Source: Tubiluchus corallicola
Taxonomy: Eukaryota > Animalia > Priapulida
Assembly: GCA_030141605.1 (NCBI GenBank)
Contig: JAQGDQ010001059.1
Span: forward strand, 2,583-66,582
Direction: 5' to 3'
Length of the DNA: 64,000 nt
Under the pieces are notes generated by a model. The model was not told where the DNA came from and did no database searches. It worked only from the letters and a program-made list of their open reading frames with translations. The stretch's first letter is position 1. Each line of letters starts with the position of its first letter. Positions 57,340 to 64,000 of the stretch are shown piece by piece. The position numbers and the translations under genes were made by a program.

Positions 57340-57893
57340 TATTTGTGTATATTTCTGCTAGATAGAAATTATAATATCGATGACATAATTGTCCTAAATG
57401 ACGAAAAACTTCGAAATAAATTTGATACCTTGATGCCAGCTTAATCTAAGGCACATTTGCAAACCTAGATAACTTGGCAAACTTTGATTTGAAATAGTGT
57501 TAAACTGTTAGAATAATATAGTCAAACCTCGTTACAACGCCAGGTCTGGAACACCGCTAAATATGAGTGGGGGGCGGGGGTGGGCGGTAAGGCGAGGTTC
57601 ATTAAATATCAAAGCCATTCCAGCCTGTAACCTCTATTTTGTTTCGTAGTTAATTTTAATATGTCATAAATAGTACAATATTGTTATACCTTCAACAATA
57701 CATGTGTTATACTGTACATTTTTGCTGCATTAACAAAATTAATGCAGGTGGTAGTTCTACGGCGGCGCGTTGCGTAACTTTTAGGTAAAACATTGTGGAG
57801 TAGCAATCTTGTGAAATACTGCTATCTCCCAATAAAAGAAATATGCAGCCACACAGCCCACCCACGCTCCCACCGTAACATTACTAGATAACT

Positions 57894-58099
57894 TGTTGGC
57901 ATCCTTCTGTCTGGAAGACAATGGAGTGTGCGCCAAGAGAGTCAGTTATTGATCACATTGATGGAGCTGCAGCGTCGACTGTGGCTGAGCAGTCTGATCC
58001 TTGAACCACTGGAGTAGCTTCTCCAGGGCACACGCCTGAGCAATGTGTATGGAGATCCTGAGTTGCCTAGACAACAGGAACCCCCTCTCTTCCTCCCTG
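57894..58099 (-). mobile_element. 5'-truncated copy of the 5S/RTE SINE
   Basis: Reverse complement of about 37353-37547. Confidence 0.85.
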
Positions 58100-58421
58100 T
58101 TATAAACTCAACAGAAATCGAGGTTCGGTATAACATAGCAGCCAGGAACCAGGTCTATATGAGTGATGCATTTATATTAACTTGTTATAAATACAATTTT
58201 AGGTTAAATATTTATCTACTTTTTATGTCAAATATTATTAATTTTCCTTTTAAATAACATTTCATGCATGTTGATCACACAAATTAAAGAAATGTTAATG
58301 TACTTGATCTTCTGAAACACGTTGACTTTTCCTTTAATTTTGCATTTTTTAGGTGAAATTGGTAGGATCTGGCGCTTGACCTCGAGCAGGTAACTTCGCA
58401 AACACCTTTATACGGAGGAAA

Positions 58422-59000
58422 ATGGACAAAGTAGCTCTGAGATTCTCAAAGCTTACCGAGCATGCATTCGCTCCCACGAAGGGCTCGAAACTCGCGGCTG
58501 GCTATGATTTGTACAGTGCGTATGACTACAAAATACCTTCCAAGGGTCAAGTGATGGCAAAGACGGACATTAACGTGGCCGTACCAGAGGGAAGTTACGG
58601 GCGAGTAGCTCCTCGCTCGGGACTCGCGCTGAAGCACAGTATCGACGTGGGAGCCGGAGTCGTCGACGCCGATTACCGCGGCAACCTGGGCGTCATCTTG
58701 TTCAACTTCGGCGACAGCGAGTTCGTCGTGAAAAGAGGCGACAGAATTGCCCAGCTCATTTGCGAGAAGATCTTCCTGCCGGAGCTGAAGGAGATGGAGC
58801 AACTCGACGACACCGCTCGCGGCGAGGGCGGATTTGGCTCGACTGGGGTGTCACATGTTGACCAAAATGGAAGCGTCGATGCAGAGGCAACGGCAAATGA
58901 TGTTACTGAACAGAACGGGGAAGAAACTAAGCCTAATAGGGCAGAAGCCAAGAAGCCTCGCCTAGAGGTGGAGCAAGATCGTGGTGATGAGAAGGCGTGA
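58422..59000 (+). CDS. DUT: dUTP pyrophosphatase (trimeric dUTPase), 192 aa, intronless CDS with a C-terminal extension
   Basis: Motifs [40 protein letters not shown]; acceptor at 58352|58353; AATAAA at 59044. Confidence 0.97.
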   Translation: MDKVALRFSKLTEHAFAPTKGSKLAAGYDLYSAYDYKIPSKGQVMAKTDINVAVPEGSYGRVAPRSGLALKHSIDVGAGVVDADYRGNLGVILFNFGDSEFVVKRGDRIAQLICEKIFLPELKEMEQLDDTARGEGGFGSTGVSHVDQNGSVDAEATANDVTEQNGEETKPNRAEAKKPRLEVEQDRGDEKA

Positions 59001-59152
59001 CCGGACATGAAGCCACAAACTTATTTGTGACCCGGTTATCAGAAATAAAACATTGTGTCAAGTGTATTGGATGTTACGCTGCTTTTACGTTTTTTTGCAA
59101 CCGAAAGATTTGTTTTTGAAAAAAGAAATATAAGCTCCCTGCGGTATGAGTC

Positions 59153-59686
59153 CAGGGATGAGAATTTTCCGCGGATACGCAGAGTTCCGAGTTTTTGGAA
59201 GACCAGTAGTGCCATTTTTGTAAATCTCGTGAATTCGTTGAGAAAATTTTTACAGACCCAGTACATTATTTCACAAACTGACCGCTAGGTGGCAGGCCGT
59301 CACTTTGTTTACATCACGTACATCAGTGTAACCACGTGTATATCTCTATGTATAAAAATATAGAATCAATTGTGCTGAGTTATTTGAGTCAATTACAGAC
59401 AGTCTTTATATACTTTTGCATAGGAACGGCCAGTACTTAGGCGTTTTTGAGACAATTAAGTATCATGTATCCTTGATAGTTGGGTATTTTAAATTATGGA
59501 TGAAACAAGGTGATCGATATTTTAAGTCCACTTAGAGGCTCTCTATGGTCACAAAATTGTAATTTGTTGCTTTGCCCCCTTGAACCCCCATGAGTGCTTT
59601 GCTCCTCAACCCCATTAGGGGCTTAGGCAGCTGCAAAACCCCCGGCCTGTTTCAGAGTTTTTTGCAATTTGTCATTCTCATTCCTG
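59153..59686. mobile_element. MITE family B
   Basis: TIRs; flanks tatgagtc/catgaatc. Confidence 0.85.
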
Positions 59687-60278
59687 CATGAATCCCGAAT
59701 GTACTGATAAATCGTCATTGTCGTCGTCATCTTCATCAACCAACTGTCTCTTTTGACAGCTGTGTGTCAACTAAAACATTCAAAATTCTTTGACAGAAGT
59801 CTGAATCAATATATATTATGAATATATATGATTTGGAGTATATCATATTTATTCATGTTCGGAACTGGTGCTGAAGTGGCAAAACATTGTTAAATGTTGA
59901 CTGATTGACTGAAATGACCGTACGTTATTATTAATTACGAATTTCCTATTAACCTTGTACTGATCTGTCTCTTGCAATGTAAAAATCAATGAACAATTTA
60001 CTTGAAGTATTTCATTCAAATTCCAAGTACATGCAGTTATCACCTGTCTGTGGAATGTAATTAATGCAGAAATAATTGTTGAATTCAGCGCTAAGAATTG
60101 GTACAATTAATGAACAATTGTGCAACAGAGAAGAAAAGTCGCAACGTTTTAGTCGATCAACTGTGAATTATCACCGGGTTCAAACCTGGACCGAAACTTT
60201 GTCTTTTCTTTTCTGTATCAAGGGATTTTTTATCATAGCATGAGTAAAATTAATCTCGTTGTATAGTGGATAATGCGT

Positions 60279-60658
60279 TGTATTGGTCGTGTGTAGCTGC
60301 TTGAGGAATGGTAAAGCTATGAAGAGTCTGATTATAAAATGACACGTTTATTAAACATCAACACAATAAGTATAATAGATGGCAATGCCAAAAGCCCCTG
60401 ATCTGACGGTTTGTACGCTCCGGCTCCTAGACTTAATCTGAGACTAATTCCTTGAGCTGCAGGCCCCGCACGCCTTATATATCGTGCGCGGTGTCCCGAC
60501 GCCGCAATTCCTGGATCACGTAATCACGTGACACCACTCCTTAACAGCTTTCATCATGCCAGCATCTATCAACATAGTTATTTATCATAATCTACTCCTT
60601 TTAACATAATTTAACAGGTTCTCTTTACTGCATATTTTGTTTGTGGTGACATGTAACA
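60279..60658 (-). mobile_element. Possible solo LTR of a second family
   Basis: Minus-strand TATATAAG and AATAAA in LTR order, candidate TG..CA ends; no clean TSD. Confidence 0.35.
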
Positions 60659-61278
60659 ATACAGTGTCACAACGGCGAAATAATTGGCCCAACACCACAT
60701 ACTGTAGTGCAAGGGAAAAGGTGTGTTGCATTTATAGAGTCTTAAAATGCCAAAAAATGTCAAAAAAACGTATAAGCACTTTGGCATTAGCAGTCCGGTT
60801 TGATTACATGAAACTTTTTGTCCGTGTTTGTTTATCGTGTTATTACAATAACCAAGTCGTTATATTTATTTTAGATTCAAGTTGTACTGCTGTAGTTGAC
60901 TTTCAGTTTTGTCCTATTAATTTTTCATGTTATTAATTTTGTTGATTATTATTTTGTATCTAGTATTTAATGTGCCAATTTCTCTCATTCAGTAAAAAGA
61001 ATACTTGTTTTACTAATATAACAAACTTATGCACTGTAGTTTTAGATAAATGCACTGCAGTTTCTAATTTGTAAATTTCTAAAAAAAATTTGCACTACTG
61101 CTAAGATTTGTTGCACTGTACATTGTGCAGGTATAGTATAAGAATAAAAAGCGTAACAACAATAAATTTCTGTATCTTATTTATTCCTGGTTTTTACTTG
61201 ATAAATATTTGTCATTCGGATGTAATGGCATTACTGTACTTAGTTGTACATAAAGTTGTACATAGCTGTACCATAAAG

Positions 61279-61703
61279 CAGGGATGTGCAAACTGCGGCC
61301 CGCGGGCACTTGCGGCCCACTGAGAGATCTTATGCGAAGAGGTTTGTCAATGTAATGAAAGTGCGGCCCATGCAATCCAGCTGAAGTCTGCACCAATATC
61401 GCAAAGATAGTGCGGGTAGTTTTTTCCTCTAGATCGGATCGCATTAACCCTTACAAGACCGTTGTCACTTAATGTCACTGTCGGACATGACGAAATATAT
61501 GGTTTTTAATATAAATTTTAATAACTTCTAAAATAGTTTCTTGAGTGTTGTAGTGCAGTGGTAATGATGTGCGCAAATCGGATGAAAAAAAATTGTTATT
61601 AGGTCCTACTGTACTTGGCTCCTTGACCAAACTGCCTGTGGCCCACAGGAATTGCGGGAATGTTTAATGTGGCCCGGCTAGTCAGATAATTTGCACACCC
61701 CTG
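61279..61703. mobile_element. hAT/Charlie-like MITE family A
   Basis: TIRs and homology. Confidence 0.83.
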
Positions 61704-62172
61704 CAAATGAAAGTATTCAGAGTGAAGCAGTGTCACAACTGAAAAGACAAATCTACTTTTGTTCATTAACGATACACTGTCTTGGACAGTTTTATCTCAA
61801 TAAAGTTGGCGACAGATGTGAACTTTGGGAGTGAACACACTTCATAATCGACAGAAATCTAAACTCGCACGTGTGGCACCATCTACTGACAAAAGTAGGC
61901 ACATTTTCAATTCACGCGTGTGAGTGAATTAAACCCCGGGGGTGACGGTGAATACATTATTCCGCAGTATTAGACGGATTCATCATAAGGTCGCAGGCAG
62001 GTTTGTGTTTCGTCCAGTGAGTTACTTGACACTCTCTGCAAATAAACAAAGACTGACCAATGTAAACAAATTCACCATTAAGTGTAAACAACCTGCTTTT
62101 CATTTCTCTTTTGCCTCGCTCTAATCTAAAGTCTTTGAGCGTTTTCTTTTATTATGGCTACTGGATACACAG

Positions 62173-62568
62173 TAGAGGTGAGCATCGAACGCTCGAATTC
62201 GATTCGAACGAGTTTTTTTAGTTTGAACTCGATTCGAATCCAAAACTATACATTCGAATAATTCAGCACTTCAATCGCACATGTTCTTTATCATTAAAAC
62301 GATTGAAACATCATGCAATTAGCATAATTTAGCTGTGATTTTTGCGCACAATTTTAAAGAAATTACTAGTCGTTTTATTGCAGAACAAAATCTAGTGATG
62401 CACATGACCTTTGTAAGACTAATTTTTACTGGTGGTTCGAAAACTTGTTTGAAAATCTTTCGATCTCAATTCGAATTGGAAAAACTAAAGTTCCGTTCGA
62501 TTCGAATTCGAAAGTCACAAATTCGGTTTGATTCGAATTCGCTTTCTGGTAGAGAATGCTCACCTCTA
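62173..62568. mobile_element. hAT MITE family E
   Basis: Perfect 8-bp TSD atacacag; TIR TAGAGGTGAGCAT. Confidence 0.9.
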
Positions 62569-63259
62569 ATACACAGTCATACCACAATCCTGGTACAGAT
62601 TATGCAGAACAAGGCATCATTGATAAATCTTTAGAGCTGATGTCAACATAGCGCAATCTATTATCTTTCTTCCTACCATTTCCACTAACACATCCTTCTA
62701 CCCTTCCTGTGTGATCTAACCTTTCTCCCAGTTCTTTTTTTGTTCACTCATCCATTCTTTTTTTATCGGGTTCACATGACAGTGGGCTTATACAAGCCTT
62801 TGCTTCTCTAGCCCACTGCAGTACAATTATTCTTTTATGATAACTATAGTGTATGAAACATAACAATTTAATACAGTAGATGTAATAATTTTGATGTCAC
62901 TGTGTGCTTTATATTGTACTGAATGTGATAATAATAAACTAAAAAAAACTGATTGTGTTACTAGTCACATTATGCAGCCATGTTCATATAGAGGGCGCTT
63001 TTTAATGCACGTATCTGATTATTACGATTTGCTGAGTTACTTGACTTTCGATAAATAGCTGATATAAGGATTATTCGCTCGCAATAAGCTGGACGGAAAT
63101 TTTGGAAAGTAAAATCCAGCTTTTGATTACAAAATGGCTTTGGCGCCAGCATTAAAGACGCAATAGATTCTAATTCTAATAATAACCATTCTAATAATAA
63201 ATAAAGAATTTAAAAAATAAAATAAGTAAGTAAGTGAATAGATTTATAATTGCAGTGAC

Positions 63260-63588
63260 TATGTTACCATTATACATGTTACCATTATATATGTTACCAT
63301 TGTATATGTTACCATTGTATATGTTACCATTATATATGTTACCATTGTATATGTTACCATTATATATGTTACCATTGTATATGTTACCATTGTATATGTT
63401 ACCATTGTATATGTTACCATTATATATGTTACCATTGTATATGTTACCATTATATATGTTACCATTGTATATGTTACCATTATATATGTTACCATTGTAT
63501 ATGTTACCATTATATGTGTTACCATTGTATATGTTACCATTATATATGTTACCATTGTATATGTTACCATTATATATGTTACCATTAT
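63260..63588. repeat. 15-bp minisatellite (ATGTTACCATTRTAT) x about 22
   Basis: Direct inspection. Confidence 0.96.
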
Positions 63589-64000
63589 GCAAACTTTAGA
63601 AATACAATATAACATCACTATAGCAAAACTCTAGAGAAGAGAAAAGTATCGTATAACTGAGGTGCTCTATACAGAAAAACAGAATCTAGCTCGTTTTTTG
63701 ACTCAAAATGGTCGTCTTGCATAAAACTACTTTATATTAATCAGTTTTTTAATTAAATTAAATTTCAACAAGGCTTTGTAAAAAAATTATTTTGTTTCAA
63801 TTCGAAACTATAAATTTAATTTTTGATTATAACATTTAATGACCTTTCATGCACCTGCCAGTTCGTTTAATGACAAAGTTTATCATGCCAGTAATTGTAA
63901 GTAGATAGAATAGTTATTATCAACAACAATTCATTAGGATAAAATAGTTAGCAAATATGCTAAATAGTTTAACAATGACTTTACGCATCAGGTATTTACG

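Noticed and set aside
58422-59000. Viral or retroelement-borne dUTPase
   Set aside because: No flanking viral genes or LTR; cellular-type sequence with a splice acceptor and poly(A) signal
63191-63618. NGNIY / MLPLY repeat proteins
   Set aside because: Artefacts of a 15-bp minisatellite that is open in several frames

Overview
Eukaryotic (invertebrate animal) genomic DNA: AT-rich, intron-rich and dense in transposable elements. There are four host protein-coding genes. (1) TAF3 on the + strand, 10 coding exons at 828-22944, about 1023 aa, with an N-terminal histone fold and a C-terminal PHD finger. (2) A convergent minus-strand gene (exons 47831 to 28035, about 3350 aa) whose N-terminus resembles the ZNF292/RLF/ZNF654 helical domain, followed by an 8.36-kb exon with AT-hook-like motifs and no visible C2H2 fingers. 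(3) SPC24 with an intronless CDS (54395-55048). (4) dUTPase with an intronless CDS (58422-59000). Introns and spacers hold hAT-, Tigger/pogo-, Kolobok- and piggyBac-type MITEs, a Helitron-like element, three solo LTRs, tRNA- and 5S-derived SINEs, a 5'-truncated LINE and several tandem arrays. The three strongest leads are: a possible single E2F/CHR promoter and non-coding leader exon serving both SPC24 and DUT; a TSD-flanked non-autonomous RTE element headed by a twister ribozyme; and an antisense copy of a TAF3 exon/5' splice-site junction in intron 1. All family assignments come from manual motif recognition; no database searches were run.
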